DNA of 64,000 bases from the human T2T-CHM13v2.0 reference genome, Homo sapiens, in assembly GCF_009914755.1 (NCBI RefSeq), contig NC_060938.1. One strand, given 5' to 3'. Made by a program: the position numbers and the translations under genes. Under the pieces are notes generated by a model. It was not told the origin of the DNA. It ran no database searches and saw only the letters and a list, made by a program, of their open reading frames with translations. This document shows positions 23,893-43,509 of this stretch, in pieces. The first letter of the stretch is position 1. Each line of letters starts with the position of its first letter.

Positions 23893-23978
23893 CATCATCT
23901 GGAATGTCCAATTCAAGTTTCCTGTCCCACTCGAAGCAATGTGAAGTTAATTTCTCAGTTTCTGACTGGAGGATATTT
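23893..23978 (-). CDS. DLGAP5: DLGAP5 exon 11 (NILQSETEKL...DIPDD), GKAP-homology helical domain
   Basis: ttag|A acceptor, ATG|gtgagg donor; 86 nt. Confidence 0.96.
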
Positions 23979-24435
23979 CTAAAATTATGACATACATTTC
24001 AGTTCTACAAGTGGTTTTTACACTAGTAGCTAAGTATTAGCATAACATCATGATACATAACATTAGGAAGTTATAAAAGGGAGCCACAATATTTTCCCAA
24101 AGTTGATACTGAATTATTTATAAACTGTGATATATTAAAATCCATAAATACAAGTTGATACCCTTTGTATGTACATCCTTTTATACCTAAAACTTATGTG
24201 GCTGGATAATACCAAGAACCTACTTTTTAAGCTAACATTTCTAGTTTGTTCTGTTCTTTTTCAGAGGTTGATCAAAGTCAGACATTCCTAAATGTGCATC
24301 AGATTCTCAGCATTGTCTATGAAACTAAAGCCAACTCAACTGTCAAGAGTAAATTAAAGCTAAAAACTGTTAATCCCAGGATTATAGTGATGGGGCCTCA
24401 CAGATCCTAATTATTAGGCTTTGCTTGCTTAAAGG

Positions 24436-24630
24436 TAGTGGTTCTCAACTGGGTCAATTTTGCCCCATTCTAGGGAACATTTGGTGGTGTTTGGAAATAT
24501 TTTTGATTGTCATGACTGGAGGAGTGCTACTGGCCAGGGATGCTACAAAACATCCTACGATGTATAGGATATATACCCACAACAAGTATACAATCTAAAA
24601 TGTCAATAATGCTAAGATTGAGAAACCCAG
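24436..24630 (+). mobile_element. MER20 (hAT-Charlie)
   Basis: tagtggttctcaac...gggatgctacaaaacatcctac...ttgagaaacccag. Confidence 0.85.
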
Positions 24631-24679
24631 GCCTAAAAGAAGTTTAATTTGTGTCTATGGAAAAAGTATCCTAGCATGT

Positions 24680-25195
24680 AGAGAAACTGGAACCCTTGTA
24701 TGCTGTTGATGGGAATGTAAAACGGCAAAGCCACTGTAGAAAACAGTATGGCAGCTCCTCAAAAAATTAAAAATAGACTTACCACACAACCCAGCAATTC
24801 TACTTCTGGGTATACACCCAAGATAATTTAGAGCAGGGTCTCAAAGAGGTATTTGTACACCCATGTTCATAGCTGTTCACAACAGTTAAAACATGGAAGC
24901 AACCCAAGTGTCCACTGACAGACAAAGGGATAAGCAAAATGTGGTATATACATACAATGAAATATTATTCGGCCTTAAAAAGGAAAGTCTGACACATGCT
25001 ACAATGAATGAACCTTGAGGACATTATGCTAAGTGAAATAAGCCAGTAAAACAAGACAAATACTACATAATTCTACTTAAATAAGATACTTAGCAGAGTC
25101 AAAATCAGAGACAGAAAGTAGAATGGTATTTACCAGGGGCTAGGAGGGAATGGCTGAGGAATGGGGAGTTATTTTTTAGTAGGTACAGAGTTTCA
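24680..25195 (+). mobile_element. L1MA/MB 3' fragment
   Basis: gagaaactggaaccctt...aacccaagtgtccactgacag...gtacagagtttcag. Confidence 0.85.
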
Positions 25196-26630
<1,435 letters not shown>

Positions 26631-26809
26631 AGAAATGAAGTCACTCTCAAAAAGTATATTTATAATAGAACAAATGAATAGTAAAACTATAATGAGATAC
26701 TTACTTCTCATCTATTTGATTTGCAAACAGAATAGTGTGTATTGTATGATATTGTCTCTCTCTATAGATATATGTTGTCTCTCTCTCTCTCTCTATATAT
26801 ATATATACA

Positions 26810-27869
26810 TGTTGCAGGAAGTCAGGGACCCCAAACGGAGGGACTGGCTGAAGCCATGGCAGAAGAACGTGGATTATGAAGATTTCATGGACATTTATTA
26901 GTTCCCCAAATTAATACTTTTGTAATATCTTATGCCTGTCTTTACTGCAATCTCTAAATATAAATTGTAAAGATTTCATGGACACTTATCACTTCCCCAG
27001 TCAATACCCTTGTGATTTCCTATGCCTGTCTTTACTTACTTTAATCTCTTAATCCTGTCAGCTGAGGAGGATGTATGTCACCTCAGGACCCTGTAATAAC
27101 TGTATTAACTGCACAAATTGTACAGCATGTGTGTTTGAGCAATATGAAATGTGGGCACCTTGAAAAAACAGGATAACAGCGATTGTTCAGGGAATAAGAG
27201 AGATAACCTTAAACTCTGGCCGCCGGTGAGCCGGGCGGAACAGAGCCATATTTCTCTTCTTTCAAAAGCAAATGGGAGAAATATCACTGAATTCTTTTTC
27301 TCAGCAAGGAACATCCCTGAGAAAGAGAATGCGCACCTGGGGGTGGGTCTCTTAACTGGCCCCCTGGGCGTGGCCGTCTCTTACTGTCGAAACTGCAGGG
27401 GTGAAATAGACCCCAGTCTCCCATAGCGCTCCCAGGCTTATTAGGAAGAGGAAATTCCCGCCTAATAAATTTTGGTCAGACTGGTTGATCTCAAAACCCT
27501 GTCTCCTGATAAGATGTTATCAATGACAATGGTGCCCGAAACTTCATTTAGCAATTTTAATTTCGCCCTGGTCCCGTGATCTCACCCTGCCTCCACTTGC
27601 CTTGTGATATTCTATTACCTTGTAAAGTACTTGATGTCTGTGACCCACACCTATTCGCACACTCCCTCCCCTTTTGAAAATCCCTAATAAAAACTTGCTG
27701 GTTTTTGCAGCTTGTGGGGCATCACGGAACCTACCGACATGTGATGTCTCCCCCGGATGCCCAGCTTTAAAATTTCTTTTTGTACTCTGTCCCTTTACTT
27801 CTCAAGCTGGCCAATGCTTAAGGAAAACAGAAAAGAACCTACGTGAATATCAGGGCAGATTCCCCGATA
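26810..27869 (+). mobile_element. MER11 solo LTR (HERV-K11/HML-8), antisense to DLGAP5
   Basis: TGTTGCAGGAAGTCAGGGACCCC start, ...TTCCCCGATA end, ~1.06 kb, internal AATAAA, near-TSD tataca/tatata. Confidence 0.92.
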
Positions 27870-27884
27870 TATATATGTATATAG

Positions 27885-28178
<294 letters not shown>

Positions 28179-28535
28179 TATTGTCCATATTTTTTAAAAA
28201 AGAAAAAAATGTACATGTTATATTTGTCTACATATGCATGAACTATCCATGGAAGTATTCACAAGAAATGAGTAACACTTGCCTTCATGAAAGGTTCAAA
28301 CTATGTGGTTGGGTCACAGTGCTGAGAAGAAGTCTTCTCACTTGTACCTTTTCCTACCCTTTGAATTAGGAACCACATGAATGTACTAGTTATCAAAAAA
28401 ATAATTAAAATTTAAACGTGAAAATCACCTAACACCAGTTTTCCCCCACTATATTAAGGTTAAAAATTTTTAGTTTTGGTTTTAAATGTCTAGATATTAA
28501 TACAAAATTCTTACACTAGAAACACACAGACATAC

Positions 28536-28662
28536 CTGAAATATGGCACACCATGGTGGGGCTGAGCAATTCGACCTTCATTTCTTTCAAGTGATGGGAC
28601 TTCTTTTATTGGAAGGCCATTTAAATTTTTAGTAGTAGCTTCATTTTTATTTAAAACATGTT
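28536..28662 (-). CDS. DLGAP5: DLGAP5 exon 10 (EHVLNKNE...HHGVPYFR)
   Basis: atag|AA acceptor, CAG|gtatgt donor; 127 nt. Confidence 0.96.
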
Positions 28663-29083
28663 CTATAAATTAAAGAAAATCTTACATATAAATTTCAAAG
28701 CAACAATTCCTAAAATGACAGCCCCTAAAAAGACATTTTAAAAATCCTTTTCAATGTTTAATTTTAAAATTTTATTTCTGCCTCAATCACTTCACATTTC
28801 CTCTAAAGTAGCTCTCAATATTTTTTCTTTAAATTTACATTTATTTCCCCTCTTCTGTCTGTATTCTTCATTCCAATATTCTCTTCAGATATCTTTACCC
28901 ATGCTTTCCCGTCTTTTCTGACCCTGAGTTCACATCCCCAAATGATATGGTGAAAAAGAGCTCCAAACAAATCTGACAAGTAATAATCCAGAAAAGTAAA
29001 AATGTAATTACTATACCTGAAAGCAAAATATTTTTTGTATTAACATTATTCTAAAAAATGAATAAATTAATTAAATACTATAC

Positions 29084-29208
29084 CTTCATGCCAAACAGTT
29101 AGAGGACCCAAAGGACATGGCAATTTATTTGAATCTTGCTGTATTGTCTTGGTAGAGTAAGTTTTACATTTTTGTGCCAAAATTTCTTTTGTTGCTTGAG
29201 ACTCATCA
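29084..29208 (-). CDS. DLGAP5: DLGAP5 exon 9 (DESQATKE...TVWHE)
   Basis: ttag|T acceptor, AAG|gtatag donor; 125 nt. Confidence 0.96.
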
Positions 29209-29864
29209 CTAAAAACAATAGCAAAAATATACTTCATGAAACATGAACTCCATATATCTAATATAAAGGGTTTCAAAATTGTGTCACTTGTAGATCTGGG
29301 CTAAAATAGAAATGTTTCTATTTTTTTAAAATGTGTATTCTGGAGGGGAGAAAATGTAAACACCTATAGTGTGAATGTCCATTTTTACTAATTAATTGTA
29401 ATCAGATTCAAAGATTTTGAAGATTTCTTAATGGAACATAAACACTTAACAGTCTTAGATGCTGCTGAGCAGTTTTTAGTATATTTGCTGCCAGCCAGTC
29501 TTTGCAAAATGATCTTGCCTTTTCTTTTAAAGGTTCCAACTGATTTTTCCCTTGTTTTGCAAATTAATCATTTTTGTCTTCAGGGCCAGTTTTTCTAAAT
29601 ACTAAGCCAGAAGAAAATGAGGAAAAAGTCGTATCTGAGCTAAAGCAGTATAGCAATTTTCTTCTTTTGAAAAATGTATGTGTTATAATTAAGTCATTTA
29701 TTAAAAACAAAAAACCCAAATTGTATAGTGAAAATAACAATGCATAGGAAATATAAAAACTGTCAATTACATTATTGTACCTTCTGAAGAATTTTTTTTA
29801 AAGAAAAAAATTGCATGATTCCTAATTAACACAGTTCACTAATAATAACTTTTTAAGAGCATAG

Positions 29865-30247
<383 letters not shown>

Positions 30248-30251
30248 TTAC

Positions 30252-30526
30252 ACTTCTGTTTTTAAAGGAGTCCAGGTGTAACTGGGTGTCAAAAAAGCAT
30301 TGGCACTTCTGGGAGTCATAGGTGTTACTTGATAGGTCTTCAGACCATCCAGTGGCTGAAACATAAAATCCTTAGGTGCAAAGGAATTCTTCCCTTTTAT
30401 TTTTGCAGTATTTATCTCAGGTAAGTTTTCCATTTTTGATAAGACTCCATCTGGATTCATTCCACTTGTTGCATTAGTTTGTGAATTCAAAGTATTTTCT
30501 TCACTATCGACTTTACAAGAAATACC
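30252..30526 (-). CDS. DLGAP5: DLGAP5 exon 8 (GISCKVDS...FAPKDFMFQPL...TPMTPRS...KTEV)
   Basis: ctag|GGT acceptor, AGT|gtaaga donor; 275 nt; matches ORF 30248..30490. Confidence 0.97.
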
Positions 30527-30644
30527 CTAGGATGTGAGTTAACAAAGTAGAGTAAGATTTCTCTCTTCTGAGGATATATTCAACCAATTTTTATAGGTCT
30601 GAAAATATGACAACAGAAATATATGTTCTATGTACATAATTTGA

Positions 30645-31026
<382 letters not shown>

Positions 31027-31160
31027 CGAACCAATTCTTATTTAAAGACTAACTAATACCTTTTGGGTATTACAACAAATTAAAAGATAATGGAAAATTA
31101 ATATGGAAAAACTTATTCAACAAATACGTATCTTTTTACTTAAATTATGTTGATAATTAC

Positions 31161-32373
<1,213 letters not shown>

Positions 32374-32818
32374 TTACAACTACTCTATGCAGGTATTCCA
32401 TGTTAGGAATAAGAAAAGAAGCTCATAAACTACATAACTTGCCCAGGGTTATGCAACTAATTGGAAGCAGAGAGAGTATTCAAACCCAGGCCTAAATGAA
32501 TCCAAAGTCAATGCATTTCACCCCACTTCACCCTATGTCTTGGCTAATTCCCACATACAGGTTTCTCTCAGCTGTGTTTTTATTATTTTTCTCCATCTTC
32601 TAACAAAATTATGCTTTCTCTACCTATAAAGCTCTGAAAATAAGATACCTGAAAAATAACAAGAGTAAATCCTCTTGATGCTTTCTTATGGTTCAGGAAG
32701 TTTTAACACACATGTAGGTTAACCTTTTGAAGCAGTTCTTTATGTTTAATTTCAACTTTATGAAAGTAGCAATGAGATTTTCAAAGCATCTAGAATTAAA
32801 AAGATGTTTATTCTCTAC

Positions 32819-32889
32819 CTTGTCGGGTTTTGTTTCTACATTTTTGGCAGGTCTTCCTTTACTTGGCACCTTTCCTTCTGGTTCGTTTT
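32819..32889 (-). CDS. DLGAP5: DLGAP5 exon 7 (ENEPEGKVPSKG...KPDK)
   Basis: ttag|AA acceptor, AAG|gtagag donor; 71 nt. Confidence 0.95.
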
Positions 32890-33109
32890 CTAAAACAACA
32901 ATAAAATATTTATTTTACTAGATAGAAATGCTACATGAAAATACTAGGTAACTTGGGAAAGGAAAAGAAGCAACAGTAGGAATATATGTCTTGAAGGATT
33001 TTTTTATTAAAAGCCATATTATAAAAAGGGTTATGGAATTTCCTGCCAAATACAAACCATCTCTTTTCAAAACCAGAGTGTTTTACCCTTTTCATCTGAA
33101 TACCAAATA

Positions 33110-33321
33110 CAGATTGAGTATCCCTTATCCAAAATGCTTGGGACCAGAGATATTTTAGATTCCAGATTTTGGAATATTTACATTATACTTACAGGTTCAG
33201 CATACTTGATACAAATATCTAAAATCTGAAATGCTCCAAGAGCATTTCCTTTGAGGATGACCTTTGAACTTCATGTCAATGCTCAGAATTTTGGATGTTT
33301 TGATTAGGGTTGCTCAGCCTG
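33110..33321 (+). mobile_element. Tigger4a/MER46-like MITE
   Basis: TA|cagattgagtatccctta...tagggttgctcagcctg|TA: inverted termini with TA TSD. Confidence 0.85.
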
Positions 33322-33845
33322 TACATATTTATTACAGACAATTAGAAAAATAACAGAAAACTACAAAGAACAATAATGACAAATCACCCAGGATTCCATT
33401 ACTCAGCTGTCACTTCAGGGTATGGTTTTCCAGTCCTATGTCCACATATTCCCATAATGCTTTTTAGAACTGCGATCCTACTGTTCAGAGTTTGACCTGC
33501 TTTTCTTTGCCCACTTAATATATCATGAACCATGTCATTAAGTGTTCTTTAATAATATTATTCTTAATGGCTACGTTGTATTGCACCAAATAAATGAACT
33601 GTGATTTACTCGGACCATTAATTTTTCACTTTGAAACACTGCTTATACTAATTAAGGTCTTCAATGATTGGGCACCCATTGTGTGCTAACCAGATGTCAG
33701 GGCACAGAATCTATTTTCAGGTATTAGAATTTCCTGTTTCCTTCTCTCCTACTCAAAGAAGTACTTGTTGATTTTTGAAACGGAACACAAAAACCTCAAG
33801 GACCAAACATTCTAGTTCAGTCACTGATCAAGGAATAGTTCTCAC

Positions 33846-33968
33846 CATTAGCAGCTCTTGTGACTGGCTTTCTTGCTGTGGTAGATGAGACTGTTCTGGG
33901 AACCTGCTTTGCTGCTTGAGTAGCTGATCGAGTCATTCTCAACGACGTGGGCATTACAGGCTGCACAA
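33846..33968 (-). CDS. DLGAP5: DLGAP5 exon 6 (VVQPVMPTSLRMTRS...TRAAN)
   Basis: acag|TT acceptor, ATG|gtgaga donor; 123 nt. Confidence 0.95.
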
Positions 33969-34029
33969 CTGTGGGAAAAAAAAATAACTACATCAAATGT
34001 CCCTTGTAGTTATGAAATTATTGCTGTGA

Positions 34030-34320
34030 AGCCAGGCATGGTAGTGCAATGCCTGTAGTCCCAGCTACTTGGGAGGCAGGAGGATTACTTCAGCCCAGGA
34101 GTTCGAAACCAGCCTAGGCAACATAGTGAGACCCCGTCTCTACAAAAAATATAAAAATCAGCTGGGCATGGTGGCAAGTCTGTAGTTGCAGCTACTCAGG
34201 AGGCTGAGGTGGGAGGATCACTTGAGCCCAGGAGGTGGAGGCTCCAGTGAGCTATGATTGTGCCACTGCACTCCAACCTGGGCAACAGAGCAAGACTCTG
34301 TCACAAACAAACGAACAAAT
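34030..34320 (+). mobile_element. AluJ-like
   Basis: Diverged dimer between exons 5 and 6. Confidence 0.9.
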
Positions 34321-34402
34321 TCCAGTTGACCTTCAAGACACTTAAAAAAAATTATGGCTGTGGTAGCCTCAGAGGATTTATAGTAATTGCTAATATTCCT
34401 AC

Positions 34403-34487
34403 CTTTTTTCTCTTTGTCTGACACTTTCTTTTCAGAAGTTTGTCTTGGACCAGGTCGGATTGCTCGAACATCACTCTCGTTATCAAT
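34403..34487 (-). CDS. DLGAP5: DLGAP5 exon 5 (IDNESDVRAIRPG...DKEKK)
   Basis: atag|ATT acceptor, AAG|gtagga donor; 85 nt. Confidence 0.95.
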
Positions 34488-35559
34488 CTATTTAAGAGAT
34501 TAGGTGCTATGTGATTTAATTGCATAATGAATCAGACCATCATATTTTTAATCTGTAAATTGATTCCTCATATGAAATCTGATCATCGTAAATGACCCAA
34601 CAACAACAACAAAAAACTACCCCAAATAAAATGAGATAAAGAAAAGCTTTCCATTAAGCTTCCAAAAAAGCTTACATCCTTTTTCACAATCACAGAATTT
34701 GGAAAATGCTAATAACCCAAGCTATTAAAAACAGCTCACTATAACTTGCCTTCTGAAGGTCCTTAAACACTCCTAGACATACTTTCACTTCAAGACCTTT
34801 TAATTTTGCCTAGAAAATACTTCTCCTGGATAAAAAGCGCTTTCCCATGGTTCTCTTCTCCACTTCCATAATGACTTCACTCAAAAGGCTTTCATCTCAG
34901 GGAGGCCTTCCTTAACTGCCCAATCAAAATTCTACCCCATACCTATTTCTAGTACACCCCATCTCCCCTTTTTAAAATCTCTTCCATAATACTTATCATC
35001 TTCTGGCATATTATGTATTTTTTTAAATGCCTTACATGTAAGTTCCACAAAGAGAATTTAGTTTATTATATCCAAAAGCCTACAACACCAGGAACATCAT
35101 AGCAATGCAAAATATATATGCATACGTGGAACTTAGCTTCCTCACCTGATAAAGAGGCATATTATTTCCCTTCTTGCCCACTTCACTTTGTTTTAGTAAC
35201 CCTCCTGATATCTCTATTACAGTATTTTGAAGACCCGTAAGTTTATAACACCTACCCTGTGTGCTTTCCTCCCCATATGCATTTCATGCAGGTAACTTGG
35301 AATGCATAATAGGAGCCCACTAAACAAAACAAGAGTGTGACACAAAGACAGTTTGCCATGGATCTCATACGGAATGTTGGAGCAAATATTTTAAGTGAAA
35401 TTGCTCTACATCACCATACTAAAAACAGTGACTTTGGTACCTGTTAACTCTAGTAAATTAATCATTATGTTTGAATCTGATACTAGATTTAAAATGAATT
35501 TACTTACTAAAAAAGTGCAATTTATCATTTTAGTAACAATTATCTACTATCAACTATAC

Positions 35560-35622
35560 CTTAGTCTGCTCCATTTGGTCTTTGGCCTTTGACCTTGTAA
35601 TCCGTACAGAAGATGGAATAGC
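35560..35622 (-). CDS. DLGAP5: DLGAP5 exon 4 (AIPSSVRITRSKAKDQMEQTK)
   Basis: taag|GCT acceptor, AAG|gtatag donor; 63 nt, in frame. Confidence 0.95.
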
Positions 35623-36749
35623 CTTAGAACAGTCAAAAGAAGATGAACTTAAAATATGAACTGGTAAAGGTTTACTTCCATATCTTATTACAAAATAAAG
35701 TTCCCATTTTAAAGTTAAATTTTATCCTTAATCTCTTATAGCAAAAAGATACTTAAATTCCTTTTTCTGGTTCTAGCTTGATTTAAATTAAGTTAGTAAC
35801 TTCAAAAATTACTCACATTTCTCAGTGAGAAAGAAATTTCAAACCGTATTTTCCAGGTATTGGAATCATCATTAATATGAGCTTCTATCCTCTCTTAGTT
35901 CTCCTGCCTCTCTGACCAGTCCTCAGCCTGGTACCTGGCTTCTGCCTACCTAAAAGTGCTCTCTAGAGCCCACTTTTTCATAATTTTATATATCCTTATT
36001 GGAATGGTCTCATTTAGTCCTACAGCTTAAACACTCATCCATATTCCCAATATTATATCCTAAATCGACATCTTAGCACCAATTTCCATCCTTCTTTCCA
36101 AATTTTTACTAATATCTAGGTGGCCCACACAAGTTTAAGATTTTTAAAAAGGTTATTAACATGCACCCACTTAAGCTTGTTCCTTATCTTCCTTATCTCT
36201 TTTAGCAGCAGAGCTTCTCTCTGCTTTTTCAATTTCCTTTACCCCTCACCATCTACTTGGCCACCAGTCCTGTCAAATGCCTTTATTTAGATGTCTTACA
36301 CCTATTTTTTCCTTTTAAAACCCACTGCCCCTTTCCATCTATTCTATTACAATAGTCTCACAATTGGTCTCCCTATCTATAAATGCTTCCCTTTCCAGAC
36401 TAAAATCTTTAGGGCTATGGTATTTTCCTGAATTATTAATTTGACAACGGCACTACCCTTATTTATAAACTTCTCCTGATTCTGCAAAACCTACAGGATA
36501 AACACCAAATCCTTTGCATAACATTGTTCAGCCTGATTCTACCAATTTTCCTAGTTTTATCCTATCTCAACTTACCTACAGCTATCTTAAGAGACCTGAT
36601 TTTCATTCTTCTGAGCTACTATTATGTCATTCCCACCTTCTACCAACCAGTTAATAATGAGACTAAGGGAAAGGGGTTAGTCACTTAATGTCTTGAAGAA
36701 AATACCAAATAAAAGAAACTATTCCTTTATATTAAGACACTAAATTTAC

Positions 36750-36943
36750 CTTTTTTGGCTCAGCTTTCACAGCATTCTGGTTTGATAAAAGAAAACAAGG
36801 CATATCAGGTCTATAACGACCCACTTTAAATATTCCTCGTTTAGCTTTCTCTCTCTGCTCTTTCAATTTTTGAAGTTGCTTTTCTTCTTTGTATTTTTGG
36901 AGCATCTGTTTTCGTTGATCACCTAGAATAGTTTTCATTGCCC
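36750..36943 (-). CDS. DLGAP5: DLGAP5 exon 3 (AMKTILGDQRKQMLQ...AEPKK)
   Basis: ctag|GG acceptor, AAG|gtaaat donor; 194 nt. Confidence 0.97.
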
Positions 36944-37047
36944 CTAGGCAGAAAAAAAACCAAAACCACACAGTATATAAAACATTTCAGATGAAAAGTT
37001 ATGCAAATGTATAAACAATTATTTTTGTGTCATTTCAACTGCTGCTA

Positions 37048-37480
<433 letters not shown>

Positions 37481-37653
37481 CACAAAGGGAAATGCTTTTA
37501 ATATTTCTTGTTAATTCTTTAGCACTCTAACCACAAGTTATTTCAACCCCTAGTCTTTTAAAATTTGTATTCATTTTGCCTTCATGTGTTCAAATATTAA
37601 CTGCTTGCTATGTAATAGGCATTTATTACTTCACTTTTAAATTAATTAACTTG

Positions 37654-38147
37654 TATGATAGCCAGCATCCAAGCTGCCCTCTACTGATCCTCACTTCCTG
37701 GTAGTCTTGCCCTGTGTCATCCCCTCACACTGAATAGGGCTGACTTGTGTGACCAAGAGAGTATTACAGGAATAATGGAATATGACTTCTAAAACTAGGG
37801 TAGTGTTTGCCTTGCTCTCTCTTGAAGCGTCGCTTGCTCTGGGAGAAGCCAGGTGCCATGTGGGGCCTTAAGAAGACTCAAGCAGTCCTATGGAGATGTC
37901 CACATGACAAAGAACTACAGCCTCCTTCCAAAAGCCAGCATCAACTTGCTGTTCATGTGAGTCAGTCATCTTGGAGGCAGATCCTCCAGTCTCAGTTAAG
38001 GCTTCAGATATATCTCTGGATGACATCTTGGCTGCTATCTTCAGAATCACCCAGCTCAGCCATACCCAAGTTCCTGACCCACAAAAATTGTATGAAATAA
38101 TCAATATTTATTGTTTTAAGCTGCTAAGTTTTGGGATAACTAATACA
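37654..38147 (+). mobile_element. MLT1F-like MaLR LTR
   Basis: ctgaatagggctgacttgtgtgacc...gctctgggagaagccagg...ttttaagctgctaagttttggg...ataactaataca. Confidence 0.8.
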
Positions 38148-38387
38148 ATTATAGGTGCTATTTATTATAATAGATGTACTCTATTTCTTCTCACCTACTC
38201 AAGGACATTCTTCCAGCAACTTATCCTCTTACTCATCTATTTTTTCCTCTACTGAATTGTTGCCATTATGAAGTTACAAGCATGCGGTAATTTCTCCCAA
38301 CCTACATCCTCATCTAGCACTTATTTTTCTAGTCCCATTTAAGGCAAAATTCTTCAAGAGAGTTACCTGTATCTCTACTATCAACAC

Positions 38388-41990
<3,603 letters not shown>

Positions 41991-42130
41991 GGAAAAAGAC
42001 CAAAAAGGAAAGTTATTTATAGAATGGTATTTCAAAACTCTTCTGGCCAGAGTTTTTTACTCACACAGGCATTAAACCAACTATTATTCACTCTTCAAAG
42101 TACTTAAAATTACAACAGACCTTTACTTAC

Positions 42131-42368
42131 TTGGCTTAACATTGGTCTTTTCTGGAACAAGCCCTTGAGATGTCTCATCTAATTCAACAAGAATTCTACC
42201 TTCCAAGGTTGGAATGTTTACATCTTTCAAACCAAAGTGTCTATTTCGTTCGTATTCCTTATGTCTATTTTCTTTCTGAGACAGTGATTTCCTATGAGCA
42301 ATTTTAGTTCTAATCATTTCAGTACTTATATCCTTCCTGTGTCGACTGGCAAAATGTGATGAAGACAT
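42131..42368 (-). CDS. DLGAP5: DLGAP5 exon 2, coding part (aa 1-80, MSSSHFASR...NVKP; includes KEN motif)
   Basis: Acceptor gacag|G ATG, donor CCAA|gtaagt; 238 nt, phase 1. Confidence 0.97.
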
Positions 42369-42849
42369 CCTGTCAAGGAAAAGGACAAAACCCAACTTAC
42401 ATGAATTTTCATTATTTAAAAAATTAAGATTACAGTTCATTTCCTGTCCCACTTCAGGGCCTTCTGAAATAAAAATATAAAATGTGCAATGAAATAAATA
42501 TGTAACACTGAAAAGTGAGAAGAAGATTATCAGAGAATAAGAAGCTACCTATTTGGGGGTTTTAAATAGGAACTTGCTTGACCAGTGAAGAGAAAGCCAG
42601 TAAGTGATAGTCCAGAATAAAAGAGGCTCTGGGCTTACCACAGAGAACACTGCAAAAAGAAAAGCGTGAAATAAAGGTGAAAATAGGTTAAGTGAAGGAC
42701 CATGTACACAAGGGTTTCCTTACCCATGATGAGGAATGCAGGTAGTCTAACATTTCTTCTAAAGCCAAAAGAAAACCAAAAACAAACAAAAACCCCACAC
42801 CAGGTACCTATTAGTCATATAGGGATAATCAATAGGCAACCGGATACAG

Positions 42850-43290
42850 ATAGAGTTGGATAGAGAGGCACAGGGCAAAGTATGTGGAAAGGAACAAGGA
42901 GCTTCCATGCTCTCTCAGGTAGCACCACTGTTTAGGAACCTTCATGTATTCACCTAAGAAGCTCTCCAAACACAGGTGTTTTTTTTTGGTTTTTATGGCA
43001 GCTTCATTACATAAGCATGAGTGATTAAATCATTGACCACTGGTGATCAAGTCAACCTTCAGCTCCTCTCCCCTCCCCAGAGGTTGTGAGGTGGGGCTGA
43101 AAATGCCAACTCTCGAGAAATCCTGCCTTGGTCTGTCTAGTGACCAGCCCCAATCCTGAAGCTATTTAGAGGCATCCAGCTATCAGTCAATCATTAGCAT
43201 ACAAAAAGGTACCACTTTGAAGACTCCAAGGATTTTAGTAGTTGTTTGCCAGAAAACAGAACAAGACCAAATATATAGTTCACAATAACC
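42850..43290. mobile_element. MER21-like LTR fragment
   Basis: gcttcattacataagcatga...ggtgatcaagtcaaccttcagc...gtgaccagccccaatcctgaagct...tcattagcatacaaaa. Confidence 0.7.
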
Positions 43291-43478
43291 CTATCAGTTT
43301 GCTCCATTATTTTCATCCATACAAGAAATCATACAGTTTAGGCCGGCACGGTGGCTTAGGCCTGTAATCCTACCACTTTGGGAGGTCGAGGCAGGACTGC
43401 TTGAGCCCAGGAGTTTGAGACCAGCCTGGGCAACATAACACGACCCCGTCTCTATAAATTTTAAAAAAGAAAAGCCAT

Positions 43479-43509
<31 letters not shown>

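Noticed and set aside
42369-42452. Apparent N-terminal extension of ORF 42123..42452
   Set aside because: It reads through intron 1 past a clear polypyrimidine/AG acceptor; the protein starts at ATG 42368.
43479-43508. (CA)n tract, also at ~55782-55829
   Set aside because: Ordinary Alu-associated microsatellites.
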